From positions 4,641,589 to 4,705,588 of the forward strand of contig NC_057744.1 in the NCBI RefSeq assembly GCF_004010195.1: a stretch of 64,000 bases of DNA. Reading direction: 5' to 3'. Shown here one piece after another: positions 12,031 to 25,627 of the stretch. The DNA comes from Chiloscyllium plagiosum (lineage: Eukaryota). The stretch's first letter is position 1. Each line of letters starts with the position of its first letter. The translations under genes were made by a program, and so were the position numbers. Under the pieces are notes generated by a model, which saw only the letters and a program-made list of their open reading frames with translations, did not search any database and was not told where the DNA came from.

Positions 12031-12789
12031 GTAAGTTCATGGATTCCTTTTTAAAGAGTTTTAGTTTGTTTGTCAAACTGTTAGCAAAATTTTTCAAATT
12101 GAATTCTTCACATTGTGTTTTCAGTGAAGTTAAAGACAGGTTTGTTGCTGGGAAGTTGCGTAGGGAGATGCGAATTCTTAGCTGAAGGAAGAATAAGCAA
12201 CCCCCCCCCCGCTTCCCCCTCCCCTTATAAACCCATCTACCATCCTGCAGTTGCATGGTGCAATGATACTGGTAGTTGTTGGAACACAGTGATTAACTTC
12301 TTATCAATGTGTCTGTGCCGGACCCAGGCAGGGGCTGACATCTCGGCTTTTATAAAAACTGGAAGAACTGCGGATACTGTAAATCCGAACCAAAAACAGA
12401 AATTGCTGGAAAAGGTCTGGCAGCATCTGTGGAGAGAAAGCAGAGTTAACGTGTCAGGACCGGTGACCTTTCCTCAGAATTAGTCCTGAGGAAGGGTCAC
12501 TCAACCCGAAACGCTAACTCTGATTTCTCTGCGTGTGTAACTGTTTGGTTCCTGCGCTTCTATTGGGCAAACGTTTGGTCATTTTGCTTTGTCTGGTTTC
12601 AGTAGCATCCATCTTGTCTTGCATTTTCAGAAATGCTTGTTTATAAAGTTCTTTGTGTCCTCACCAAGCTATAGGAAGAGTCTCTGTGCAACTGTCTTTA
12701 TTTCTTTCCTGTGTCATTTTTGTCAGTTCAGTCATGAGATACTGGCATCACTGACTGGGCCAGTCTCTGTTGTCTATCTGTAAATGCCC

Positions 12790-13898
12790 TCTATAAAATC
12801 ATGAGCAACATAGATTAAGTGAATACCCAAAGTTTTTCCCTAGGGTAGGGGAGTTCAAGGCCATAATTTTAAGGTGAGTGGAGAAAGAGATAAAAGAGAG
12901 CTGATGGGCAACGTTTCTTTTACACAGCGGATGGTTTGTGTGTGGAATGAACTGCCAGGGGAAATAGTAAATGCAGGTACAGTAACAATTGGGAAAGCAA
13001 ATCTTAGCAGGACGTATACACTTAATGGTAAGGTCCGAGGGAGTGTTGCTGAACAAAGAGACCTTGGAGTGCAGGCTCATAGCTCCTTGAAAGTGGAGTC
13101 GCAGGTAGATAGGATAGTGAAGAAGGCGTTTGGTATGCTTTCCTTTATTGGTCAGGATATTGAGTACAGGAGTTGGGAGGTCATGTTGTGGCTGTACAGG
13201 ACATTGGTCAGGCCACTGTTGGAATACTGTGACACTTCTGGTCTCCTTCCTATCGAAAAGATATCGTGAAACTTGAAAGGTTTCAGAAAAGATTTACAAG
13301 GATGTTGCCAGGGTTGGAGGATTTGAGCTCTCGGGAGAGGCTGAACAGGCTGGGGCTGTTTTCCCTGGAGCGTCGGAGGCTGAGGAATGACCTTGTAGAG
13401 GTTCATAAAATCATGAGGGACACGGATAGAGTAAATAGATAAAGTCTTTTCCCTGGGTTTGGGGTGTCCAGAACTAGAGGGCATAGGTTTAGGGTGAGAA
13501 GGGAAAGATATAAAAGAGACCTAAGGGGCAACTTTTTCATGCAGAGGGTGGTACGTGTGTGGAATGAGCTGCCAGAGGAAGTGTTGTCGGTTGGTACAGT
13601 TATAACATTTAAGAGACATTTGGATGGGTATATGAACAGGAAGGGTTTGGAGGGATATGGGCCGGGTGCTGGCAGGTGGGACTAGATTGGGTTGGGATAT
13701 CTGGTCAGCATGGACGGGTTGGACCGAAGGGTCTGTTTCCGTGCTGCTCTATAACTCTGACTCTACAAGTACATGAATAGGAATGATTTAGAGGGATATG
13801 GGCCAAATGCAAGCAAATGGGACTAGTTTAGTTTGGCAAACCTCGTCGGCATGGATGCGTTGGACTGAAGGGTCTCCTTCCCTGTTATATGACTCTCT
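12790..13898 (+). mobile_element. Older CR1 interrupted by a younger CR1 (~12990-13765)
   Basis: QRDLGV...LYRTLVRPLLEYC...SRTRGHRF ORF remnants; the outer copy resumes at ~13765. Confidence 0.9.
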
Positions 13899-14713
13899 AA
13901 GGCTGTGGTGAACTGCTGCAGCCTGTGCTGTTAATGCTACTCCCAGCAATGCAGGTAGGAAGAGAGCACACACATTTTGACCCAATTCTTATTAAGGGAC
14001 AGCAAAGCCGTTCCAAGTGTGAGGGTATTGTGTGCACTGGCGGAACCTGGAGGTGGTGGTGGTTTTGCCCTGTGCCTTGTCCTTCAAGGGGTAGAAATTA
14101 CAGGCCTGGAAGATGGCGTAAAGAGGCATAGTGCTCTGCTGTCGTGCATCCATGCAGATGGTACACACTGCCTGTGATGCAGGGAGGACATGTTGAAGCC
14201 AGTGGGGCCATTCAAGTGGAGCTGCTTTGTCCTGGATGGTGTTGTTCATCCACGGTGTTAGAGTTGCCCCCTTCCAGGCAAGTGTGGGATATCCCCTCAC
14301 ACTCCTGACTTGTGCCTTATCAATGATGGGCAGACTTTGGGGGGTCAGGAGATGAGTTCATGCAGAACTCCCAGCCTCTGACCTGCTCTGCTGGCTGTTC
14401 CAAATAGGGGAATGGTGTCTGTTCAAATCTAGATAAGTCACGATGTACAATCCACTTACATAAAATAAACCAATTAACTTAAGTCAATTAGATGTATTTT
14501 TGTTTTGTCTGTTTATTATTAATCAATGATTCCTTTTTTGAAATGATTTTATGAATGGAGTTGTTTAGTTTAAGGTGTAGTGATTGCAGATTGCAGAATT
14601 CATTTGCAAAAAAGGGCATCTGGGTCAAAGGGGGTTTTCCTGCTCCTGCAGCTTCTGGTGTTCCAAGGAATATTTTGAATTTGGATTTTCCTGAGACTGT
14701 GTGTTCTGTTTGA

Positions 14714-14914
<201 letters not shown>

Positions 14915-15010
14915 TAAGTTTGTAAGTAACTATCACCCTGCAACACCACCCGCTCCCCACAAATATCATCAAACACTCCATCACCCGCCAATTGATCTTT
15001 CAACACCATC

Positions 15011-15350
15011 CCTCATCAAACACTCCCAGGACAGGACAGCACGGGGTTAGATATAGAGTAAAGCTCCCTCTCCAGTGTTCCCCATCAAACACAGTCAGGA
15101 TAGGGACAGCATGGGGTTAGATACAGAATAAAGCTCCCTTTACACTGTCCCTCATCAAACACTCCCAGGACAGTACAGCACGGGGTTAGATATAGAGTAA
15201 AGCTCTCTCACCAGTGTCCCCATCATACACTCCCATGACAGGGACAGCATGGGATTAGATACAGAATAAAGCTCCCTCTACACTCTCTCCTATCATACAT
15301 TCCCAGGACAGGGACAGTGTGGGGTTGGATGCAGAGTAAAGCTCTCATAC
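15011..15350. repeat. ~70-bp tandem repeat, 5 copies (a decayed sixth at ~15440-15502)
   Basis: Unit catcaaacactcccaggacagggacagcacggggttagatacagagtaaagctccctctacactgtcc. Confidence 0.95.
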
Positions 15351-15547
15351 TGGTTTTTTTTTCCCCCAAACTGCAAGCAAAGCCTCTCCTGCACCTTTTC
15401 TAAACAGAAAGTAAGGGTCCTCCACATCATCCATCCACGTTGAAAGCTCCCAGGGCATAGACAGCGCAGGATTAGACATCGAGTAACGGTCCCACTGCAC
15501 TGCTTTTCTTTATGGAATGATTTTCTGAATGGCGTTGTTTATTTCAG

Positions 15548-15717
15548 GGAGTATAACCAGATTGCAAACTGGAGAGTGTTTGCTGGCAGTGATGTTCTCT
15601 ACTCTGGGGGAAGCACCTTCTCCATTATGAAAGTTGTCATCAACGCCAAGTACAATTCAGTGACCAGCAACTACGATATAGCCCTCATTAAAGTTAGGTC
15701 ACCGCTACCGTTCACAG
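15548..15717 (+). CDS. TMPRSS4: TMPRSS4 exon: catalytic Asp (EYNQIANWRVFAGSDVLYSGGSTFSIMKVVINAKYNSVTSNYDIALIKVRSPLPFT)
   Basis: DIAL motif; tttcAG acceptor, G/GTGAGG donor; phases consistent. Confidence 0.96.
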
Positions 15718-16818
15718 GTGAGGCTCGAGCTGAGTACAAAACCGAGCGCATGGCTGTGTTATCAGATTGTTAAAGATCTAACACCACTCTGTCCCTTTCT
15801 CAGGTGAGATCTTCAAACAGCTTTGTTAGGGCAGCTTGCTTTTTACTGAGCTGGTTGTGCATTTTTCCTGAGAGACTGGCACTAACCCTCACCACTGTGA
15901 CACTTGCCCCTTGCAGGGAGACTGAGACCCCACCAGGTTGCCCCTCACTGGAGCACAATTACACGGCAGTGGCACTTTGGTTATTTCAGGCTCTACTGGA
16001 AAGATATTCAACTGTGGGAACATCACAGTCCAGCTGAATCCTGGTCTCAGTCTGTGGGCATGAGCAGGGTTTCCAGGTAATCACTTCCTGTGCACACTTG
16101 TGGCTATGGCAGTGATCACTGAGGGGTGGATCCAGTTGTAGGATGACCAACTGGCTGAGATCAACCAAGGCTACCATGAGGGTCCTTGGCCTGTTTGTAG
16201 TGACCCGGTCAGTAAATCCCAAAACTAAATGGGAACAGGATATTCCCATTCTCTCACTCGTGCTCTCCTTCCTCCTCCCCCCACCCCCCTCTCTCTACAC
16301 CCGTCCTTGCCAATGTAATGTTGTTGTCACTTGGCTTAGATGTTAGTTATATCAGACTGGGGAACAATTAGATAACGATTCTGTTTGAGTGATTACCCAG
16401 AAATCTGGACCAATGCTCTGGAGAGAAGGTGTTAGTCTCAGTAAAAGCCCATCTGGTTCACTAATGCCCTGGGGAGATGCCAATCTGCCATCTTTACCTG
16501 GTGTGGCCTGCGTGTGACTCCATGTTCTCCACTAACCTCCCTCTGAAACGGTTGAACAAGCCAATTGGAGGGAGGTGGGGGTGGTTACCCACCACCAGTT
16601 CAGAGGCAGTTAGTGATAGATATACAATGTTGAATATGTCAGTGGCTCTTGCCTTTCTCACACTGAATTTACAAAGCTGGTTTCTCTAACCCAGAAAAAA
16701 GCTGCTCCCTTTGGAGAGGAGAAAATATTCCAGGATCCCCAATTGTTGTTGATGTTAGGAATGCTGTTTCTTTCTATTGAATCATTTTTTCTCTCTCTCT
16801 CTCTTGTTCCCGGTCTAG

Positions 16819-16914
16819 ATTACATTCGTCCTGTTTGTTTACCTAACCACGCTTCTCCAGTTCCAAAGAAAATTTTGGCATGGGTCACTGGCTGGGGCTA
16901 CACTAAAGAATTTG
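16819..16914 (+). CDS. TMPRSS4: TMPRSS4 exon (DYIRPVCLPNHASPVPKKILAWVTGWGYTKEF)
   Basis: RPVCLP and VTGWG motifs; canonical splice sites. Confidence 0.96.
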
Positions 16915-17183
16915 GTAATTATCACTATGGATATGAAATGAGATCATTGTTTTGAAGATAGTAGGAAAGAGAGGAGTTTCCCCATGCGCTGCACCAGGGG
17001 CATAGAGTTTCATGTCTTTGTGGAAAGTCTTTAATTGTGGGGCAAAGTCAGGGGTAGGATTTAAGTTCCCATTGTTACTGCTACATCCTAGAAATCTGTT
17101 GGTCTCATTGACAGATTTTGGGGTTCCAATTTAAGATTTATCCAACACTGAGGAAGTCAGGAAGAACAGTATTCTCTACATAT

Positions 17184-17187
<4 letters not shown>

Positions 17188-17236
<49 letters not shown>
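17188..17236. repeat. (CA)n microsatellite
   Basis: Direct reading. Confidence 0.99.
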
Positions 17237-17241
<5 letters not shown>

Positions 17242-17777
17242 GTGCAATTGCCAGATGTGTTTGTGCCTACCCTGGGAGGCTTCATCCTGTGATCCCTGTC
17301 ACATGTCCCAAGAGATTCCACAATAGTGCTATCTGAAGCACACAAGAGATTAAGGAGGTTGGTCAAGGATTTGGGTTTTAAGGAGGAGTGGGGAGAGAGG
17401 TGCAGGAGCTTACAGAAGAAATTCAGCCCCTTGGGTTGCAACAGTTGTGGGAATGAGTGTCAGCGGTGGGATGAGGAAATCTTGGATGTGCAAGAGGCCG
17501 AATTGGAAAAATGCAGAGCTTTTGAGTTATTTTGACAACTCTTCAACAACTAGCCCCTGCAAACGTGGGTGTGATGATGGCCAGGCCATTTTACAAAAGG
17601 GATATTGACTGGGACAAATAGTGATGGGGAGTTGGAGCAGACACACTTTGCTGTTGGATCTGAGCAGGCAGACAGTTAACATTTTATCTGATAAGGCAGA
17701 ATTCTCACCGTACTGTGTCCAACTTCTCCGCCCAGGTATCGCTCTGATATAATTTTGTTTTCTATTGTATTGAATAG

Positions 17778-17920
17778 GTCAAGTGTCAACTGTGCTTAAA
17801 CAGGCCAATGTATCGGTGATTGGACGGGAGATTTGTAACAGTTTGCAGTATTACGGTGGGCAGATCACTGAGCAAATGCTGTGCGCAGGCTACCAGGCTG
17901 GTAAAGTGGATGCTTGCCAG
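17778..17920 (+). CDS. TMPRSS4: TMPRSS4 exon (GQVSTVLKQANVSVIGREICNSLQYYGGQITEQMLCAGYQAGKVDACQ)
   Basis: MLCAG and DACQ (S1 Asp189, trypsin-like specificity); CAG/GTATGA donor. Not in the ORF track. Confidence 0.96.
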
Positions 17921-19397
17921 GTATGAAGACCAATGTGATGGCAGATCCCTGACAGGGGCAGCAGGTTATAGAGCAATCTGAGTGACAGTGAGGGGTCACA
18001 CTGTAAGAATAAGGAACAGAAATTGCCACTCAGTCCCTTGAGCCTGCTCTGCCAGTCAAGAGAATTACGGTTAATCTAACATTCCTCACATCCATTATAA
18101 AGTTTGCAGCACATGTACAGGCTGTTGGGTTGAGCTGACTATCTTTGCAAGCCTGTGCTCCAGCTTACTTCTGTCAGACTTGTATCTCCGATGTAATAGT
18201 TATTCTTTGTTTTTTGGATCCCTTCAAATTCCCTGGTAACTAGCAGAATCTTATTTAAATCCCTTTTTCTATTGTCTTAAAATCCCGTCTATGGTCCCTG
18301 TTCTGCTCTTACTGCCCAGGGAGTAAGTGGTCTCTTTGTTTCCCTTACCAAAGGGACCACCTCACTTTGCTGAAATTTGTCTGTTTTGCATTGGACATCC
18401 CACAATGTTGAACACCATTCAGAACAACCAAATACTGAGTTAGTCTGTGTTCACGTGCAGCAGATCCCAGACAATATTCCAGACAATATACCAGGCTTGG
18501 GCTGATAATTAGCAGTTGCCATTCCCACCACATGAAAGTGCTGCCTTGTGAACACAGTGGCTACAAGAGCGAGTCAGAGGCTAGGAATTCTGCAGCGAGT
18601 AACTCACCTGCTGACTCCCCTAAACCCATCCATAATCTACCAGGCACAAGTGAGGAGTGTGATGGAATACTCCTCACTTGCTTAGATGGGCGCAGCCCCA
18701 ACAACACTCCAGAAACTTGACACCATCCAGAACAAAGCAGCCCACTTGATTGGTTCCCCAACCCCCAGGTTCAGCAATGACTCCCTCCACAGCCAATACT
18801 TGATCGTAACAGCAGCATGTACCATCTGTAAATGCATGGCAGCAATTCCTGTTTCCTTCAATAGAATCTTCTAAACCCATGGCTGCTTCCATCTAAAAGG
18901 ACAAGGGCAGCAGATACATGGGAACACCACCCCCTGCAAGTTCCCTCTGAGCCACTCACCATCCTGACTTGATGCTGCCTGAACTGCTGTGCTCTTCCAG
19001 CACCACTAATCCAGAATTGGATATATATATATATCTGTTCCTGGGTTAAACTCCCTCCGTCCTGAGGGGATCTATGTCATGTGCCGTGGTTCAGGAAGAC
19101 CGCTCTCTGCAGCCTACTCTAATAGGGATGGAGGCAATAATTACTGGCATAGTCTGTGATGCCCACATCCCATGAATGAACTTTAAACGCTGTTACAACA
19201 GGGTTCAGTAGCTGATTAATTTTAAGTGAATTATTGTGGAATTTGGGTGAGTCAATGGTGTTCATGAATTATGTGGCCAATTCAGGGACAGGTTCCGGGG
19301 TCAGGGTGGCCTCTGACTGGTCTCTCCTGTTCCTGCCTGTGAACAGCTGTAGATGATGCTGACCCCTTTATTTATTACGTCAGATGAATTCTGTTGA

Positions 19398-19682
<285 letters not shown>

Positions 19683-20944
19683 TAAAATTAACCAGAAGTC
19701 CACTCCATTTGTTATTTAGAGAACCACATTTTCATTGGTTTCCTGGGACTTCAGCAGCTGGCGAGTTGTTGGACCCTTCAGTCATACCCTCTGCTTATCC
19801 CTAGTGATGGAAATGGCATTATTACCTCGAGGCTAAGGAGAAGCAACTACAGTTCCTGCTCCTGATCATTACCTGCACTCCAGTTAGCAGCCAACCCTCC
19901 ACTTTCACCACACCATTTTTTCCCAGTTCGATCATGTGTCCCCCACCTCCTCTGTATCCCCAAGTCTTGCTCTTTTGTCTGTGCAACCTCATTCTCCCTT
20001 TCTGTTCCCCTCTTTGTCTCTTCTCCACCCACCCTCTTCCTTCCCTCTCATCCCCCACCCCTCATCCTCTCCTCTCTCCATCCCACCTTTTTAATCGTTC
20101 CCTCTCTCTCTGCTCCCACCCCCTTTGCAGTGTCAATCCTCTCTCTGCCTCTACATTGGGCTGACACTCTTACACAGTGTTGTCCTGCCACCTAGTGGCT
20201 GCACCAATTATGGAACAAGTGCCAGCAATTCAGAGGAAAATATTAAGTTGAAATCAGTTGAATAAAATTCGGAGCGGGTTAGCAAATTAATCTTGCTGTA
20301 ATATGGGGAGAGACAGGCAGGACTGACTAGTGTCTGAAAGTCTTTATGATAGTATGGGATCTTTAAATGTAAAGACTTCCCTTGTGTTTAGAAACAGAAG
20401 TTAAGATTGGAGCAGCAGTGTTTTGCTGAACAGTCGACCAGTCACAAAAAGTCCAACAATTGCTGTCCTAGTAACAAACAAACGTTTGCTTAGAGCAAAT
20501 AAAAATTGGATACCTCACTCAGTACTTGACTCATGGTCCCATTTGTTAGCTCCGTGACCATCTCCCTGCTGCCCCCCTCACTGCCTGTCTGCCTCTCTGT
20601 GCCCCACTCCCTGACTGTTCACAATTCCCTGTGCATGAGGGAATGGATAGTGAGTGGCAGGTGGGCAGTAAGGGGGTAGGAGCTGGAAAATCAGGAAGAT
20701 GGCGAGCGGGGTGACCAGGGAATCATGTTTCCAGGATTTGAATGGAGTTGACTGGGTGCTGCACCTGATAAACTATCCTCACAGCACTTCATGTTAAGAA
20801 TGGTCCTGCTCTTTGCAGGTTAATACCTGTGCCATCTCGGACACTGAACTCTGTATGGGTTGGTGGGTGCACAGCTTACCCATTGACGTGACAGAGCGAG
20901 TAAAGTGAGTGTTGGTCCTCCAGAGAGTGAGCTTGGAAAGTTAA

Positions 20945-21320
20945 TACAGCAAACTTTGATTTAACCAGCACCTCATGAACCAGCACTCTTGATAGACTGG
21001 CAAAAATTATATTTCCGAAATACTGGAAGTTTACTTTATTATCACAAACTCCACGATGTCTGAGTAGTCAGTTGTGCGTACGAGTGAATAGATTCTCTTC
21101 TGTTAAGTTTTATTTAAGGTGAAGTTGCATTATTACTTAATTGATATATGCTTTGAGAAAAAATAAGTATATTAGTGGTGTGTGTATCTCCTGCATTACA
21201 TTTCTATTACTTAGTGTGTCTTTTTGCATTGATTATGTGGACCTCTTGATTATCTGAAATATTTAATCAATCAGCACACTCCTGGTCCCATAGCTGCTGG
21301 TTAAGAAAATGTTTGCTATA
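20945..21320. mobile_element. Tc1/mariner (Tigger-like) MITE
   Basis: Imperfect TIRs TAcagcaaac......ttaaccagca and tgctggttaa......gtttgctaTA with TA ends; AT-rich non-coding interior. Confidence 0.65.
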
Positions 21321-21434
21321 GTTAATTTTGTTCTTAATTCACCCGTGGGACTTGGGCATCACTAACTGGGCTAGCATGTGGTGCCCATCCCCGGTTCCCC
21401 TTCAGAAAGTGCCTCCTTGAATCTGCTGCTGCTC

Positions 21435-23480
21435 ATTAGAAAATAGCAGGTGAACTGGACAAATATTTTGCTTCTATCTTCGCTATCAAGGATATAAAAA
21501 AAGTTTCAGTATTAGCTGTAAGTCGGGAGGTGTAAGGGAAAGGAGAACTCAGTACTGCTTCCATCCTTTTTTGGATTAGTAGCGCTGGAAGAGCACAGCT
21601 GTTCAGGCAGCATCCGAGGAGCAGCAAAATCGACATTTCGGGCAAAAGCCCTTCATCTTCCAACCTGACTGTAATATCACTAGACAAACTGGGGGAGCTG
21701 TGAGTTGACAAGCCTTTTGGATTCTGATAGACTTCATCCTAGGGTCTTAAGAGGTTGGTAATGAGGAAGTGGTTGGTGTTGGTGATTATTTTTGAACATT
21801 CCCTCAATTTCAGAATGAGAAGTGACAAATATAACTTTCCCATACAAGGAGTAAGGGAGGTGAAAAACAGCAACTCCCGGTGGCCAATCTGACAACTGGA
21901 AAATGGTATCCCTTGAGATTATAACTACACACTGTTAGAAAGACTTGAGGCAATTGGGAAGGTTCAACATGGCTTTGTGAACTCAACATTGTTTTGTTTA
22001 ACCATCTTATTGGTATGTTTTTGGAGGAGTGGCATGTGCTATGGACAATGGGGGCCTGTAGATGTGGAATAGCATTCCTAAAGTGTGGAAGCAGGCCATT
22101 CAGCCCATCGAGTCTACGCCAACCCTCAGAAAAGCATCCCACCCAGTCCCACCCCTCTGCTGTATCATCCTGCATTTCTCATGGGTAATCCACCCAGCCT
22201 GCACGTTCCTGGACACTACAGCAACTTAGCATGCCCAAGCCACCTGACCTGTATGTCTTTGGACTGGGAAAAAAAACCCAGAGTATCTGGAGGAAACCCA
22301 TGCAGACATGGGGACAATGTGCAAATTCCACACACAAAATTGCCTGAGGAGGGACTCTAATCCTGGTGCCTAGCATTGAGGCAGCAGTGCTAACCACTGA
22401 ACCACCAGGCTGCCCTGTGCTGTATTTGGATTTTCAGAAAGCATTTGTGAAAGTGCCCCGTGAAACATTTACTGTGGGGAAATAAAAGCTCATGGTATGG
22501 AGTAGTAGATTTACTTCTGGCTGGCAAAATTACAGTAATGGGTCATTTTCTGATTGGCAAGCTATGACAAGTGGAGTTCCATAGGGAATTGTGCTGGGAC
22601 ATCTACATTTTACAATTTACGTCAATGGCTTAGATGCGGGGAGTGAAGGCGTGGTAGCTAAATTCAGAGACCACTCCAAGACGGGTAGGAAAGTATGTTG
22701 TGAAGAAGACATGAGGAGTTTGCAGATATGGATAGTTTGTTGAGTGGGCAAAACTCTGACAGACTGAGTGTAACATGGGAAATTGTGAAGTTGTTTGCTT
22801 TAGCAGGATGAATGAAGAAGCTGAGTATTACTTAAATTGAGAAGAATGGAACTCTGAGGTGCCAAAATATTTAGTTTGCAACCAGGCATGTAATCAAGTA
22901 GGTTAATGGGTGGCTGTCCTTTGTGAGGGATTGAACATAAAAGTAAAAACATTCTACTTCAGTTATTACAGGGCACTGGAGAGGCCACATCTCGAATGCT
23001 GTGTACAATTTTTGTCCCTTTATTTAGAAAGGGATGAAAATGCATTGAAGGCTTTACTAGACCAATACTTGGAATTGTCCGAGGAGGAAAGATTGGACAG
23101 ACTGAACTTGTTTGCACTGAAGTTTAGAAGACTGAGGGGGTGCCTGGATTGAAGTGTATAAGATCCTGAAAGATCTTGTTGAGATGGACATCAAAAGGAT
23201 CATTGCTGTTGTGGCCCAGCTGAGAATGAGGGGGCAATGTTTTAAAATTTAGATGCTTCTCTTTTATGACAGTGATAGGGAGATAGCTTTCTTCGAAGGG
23301 TGGGTGCACCTTCTTGTCTCAGATGGTTGGCTAATTTTAATATTTTTAAGGTGATGTTAAATAGATGTTTAAGGTTATTGGGTGCACATGGGAATGTGAA
23401 ATTTGAAATCCGAGACATCAGCCATGGCCTTATTGACTGAGTAAGCTAGAGGGACGCAATGGTTTACTTCCAGACCTGTT
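21435..23480 (+). mobile_element. Decayed CR1 ORF2 (RT) fragment with nested SINE and Penelope piece
   Basis: QHGF, YLDFQKAF, SGVP.G and RPHLECCVQF remnants. Confidence 0.8.
22074..22415 (-). mobile_element. HE1-type V-SINE inserted in a CR1 RT region
   Basis: CR1 sequence gtagatgtg... resumes as tgtatttggattttcagaaagcattt after the SINE. Confidence 0.85.
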
Positions 23481-23573
23481 CATGTGTAAATACAAGCAAA
23501 TATAAAGGACTTCTAGTGTGTCCCTTTTGGTCTTTTTTTAAGGGACCCAGTCTGTTCAAATATTCCTGAGACT

Positions 23574-23611
23574 GATTCCTGAAGAAGGGCTTATGCCCGA
23601 AACGTCGATTC
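23574..23611 (+). ncRNA. Minimal hammerhead ribozyme motif in a Penelope pLTR fragment (fragment ~23574-23672)
   Basis: gattc-CTGAAGA-a-gggc(ttat)gccc-GAAA-cgt-C-gattc; GUC triplet; stem I has a U-U mismatch. Confidence 0.65.
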
Positions 23612-23782
23612 TCCTGTTCCCTGGATGCTGCCTGACCTACTGCGCTTTTCCAGCAACACATTTTCAGCTCCATGGAAGTGAACCCCACTGTTTGGTCTGA
23701 ATATCTCAAATGATCGTGTTAAAAGTAGCGAAGGAAATTCATGTTTGTACACATTGCATTTTTGTTTTTGTTTGTTTTATAG

Positions 23783-23794
23783 ATGCAGGAATGA
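23783..23794 (+). CDS. TMPRSS4: TMPRSS4 terminal coding exon (MQE-stop) followed by 3' UTR
   Basis: Strong T-rich acceptor tttgttttatAG then ATG CAG GAA TGA. A very short phase-0 tail resembles the human C-terminus. Confidence 0.7.
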   Translation: MQE

Positions 23795-25621
23795 GGACAA
23801 GAGGTGTGGGGACAGAAGACCACCTTGTACCTGGTCCTGGTTTCCTGGATTTGTGGGAGACTGTTACTCTATGCACTTTATTGAAGATTTTTAAGGGACG
23901 CAATGATTTGACTTTTTATTACTCCTCTGTCTTGCCTTTCTTGTTCAATCCAAAACGCAAGAATGCAAAAACTCTCAAACACCAACTGCCTCAGTGATCT
24001 TTGTAAGGGAACTCAGACACTAGATTCAGGCAAATGACAGAAATTTGTAATAGCTTTTTATTGTTTTTTAATTATGTGAACCATGTCTATTTGTAAACCA
24101 TCCCACAATGCACTGCTCTGTGATCTCAATATTGAAAAGTATAAAAATACAGTGGAAGGGATTAAGTTATCTTCCAGGGAGCAATTCACGGTGTTGGTTA
24201 TTCTAAATACCTCTGGTAGGTCAAACCTCCACATTTCTGAATGCCTTACCACCAAAAAATAATCCTTTTAATCTTTTGATTGAAAATGATCACCTGGGCA
24301 ACCAGACGTTTTACAAATTCTTTCTGATTCACAAATTGAATTTGAAGTATTCAGTAAGGCAGCCAGATGTTTGCACAGCAGATTCCAGGTTGACCTACCA
24401 ACATTCTGCAAAGGCATGTTTGAGCAGAATGTATTTGGTGAAAGCCAGTGCCTTGTTTTTAATAAAGCCTTGTTATTTGGCATTGTAACTTTTTAATGTT
24501 TATGAAACACACATTTTTATACTTGTTTAAAGCTTCAGAAACATTGATGATAAGGGGTTTGGTGGGGGTGTGGAGAAAGCTACTTGCTACCTGAGCCTGG
24601 GCTTTTTGGGAGATTGTTACCCCACCCCCTTGAATTTGAGAGCAGATCCTAACTTTTAAATGTATTACCAGAATAAAAAGGACTATTTTGTGTGATTGAT
24701 GGAGACAATGCTAGTGTTCAGAAATAGCACCTAACCACCTTGTTGGCATCAAATAAGAGCCGCCCCAGATTGGAGACTTTAGAGTAAATCTTACTTCCTG
24801 TCAAACAGACTACGGAGGTGTGAAACTGGTTGAACATGAGGGTGGGTGGGGTGGGGGGTCGCCCCCCCCCCTTAATGGCTCAGTATGTGAAATGTACCAC
24901 TGGATCTGATACCAGTCTTCAATAGGCAGGTCCGGCCATGGATTCTACACAGTCAAATGGCATAGCCAAGTCTTTGGTGAAAAGGAATGAGTTTATATTT
25001 GGTGGTGGATGGCTAAAACAAATCATCCAGCAACCCTACCTCTCACTTTGCAGTGAGTGTTGTTTTTGAATGCATCCTCTGGTAAGTCCAGGACTGGGCT
25101 ATGATCCATTTCCCCACAACCCCTCCAGTCCTTTGTGTCTCCTCATCAATGCCCTGAAGATTGTCACCGTCTAAAAGCTATCCATGACAGAGAGAAAATC
25201 ATGTGGGGGCTGAGGGAGTTGCCATAGGGTTCATATAAATCCATTCTCCAATGAGAGTGTTGGCCCCTTTCTCATTGAATCTTCGGCATCCCCTTCCCAG
25301 TCAGTGTATTTAATGTGTACAACAAGCATGCTTATTCAACCTGTTAACCAGAGGTGATGTCTTCCATCGGGGAGGCAACTCGATCAGTTCCCATCTGTAA
25401 TTTGGGTTTGTACATCTCCATGGCACTGATCCTGGTGCTAACCTCTTTCGAACACTAAGGTGAATGCTGTCACAATGTGCTGCTTTTGCTCACTCACTCG
25501 GTCCAACATTGCCCTCAGGTGATTGAAGCTTTGACCGTGAATGTTTGCGCCAAATTGCATGTGAATTATTTTGTTTGTTTTTTTTGATATCTTTGTACCT
25601 GGATATTCAGATTTGTTTTTA

Positions 25622-25627
25622 AATAAA
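25622..25627 (+). terminator. Candidate distal poly(A) signal of TMPRSS4 (others at 24461 and 24672)
   Basis: AATAAA with U-rich upstream and GU-rich (cctgtgtgacttgtctg) downstream context. Confidence 0.45.

Noticed and set aside
12444-12520. Active hammerhead pair
   Set aside because: The plus copy has cgc in place of cgt and the minus copy has GACA in place of GAAA; both cores are broken.
15011-15350. CRISPR-like array
   Set aside because: Units are contiguous without unique spacers, the context is eukaryotic and there are no cas genes.
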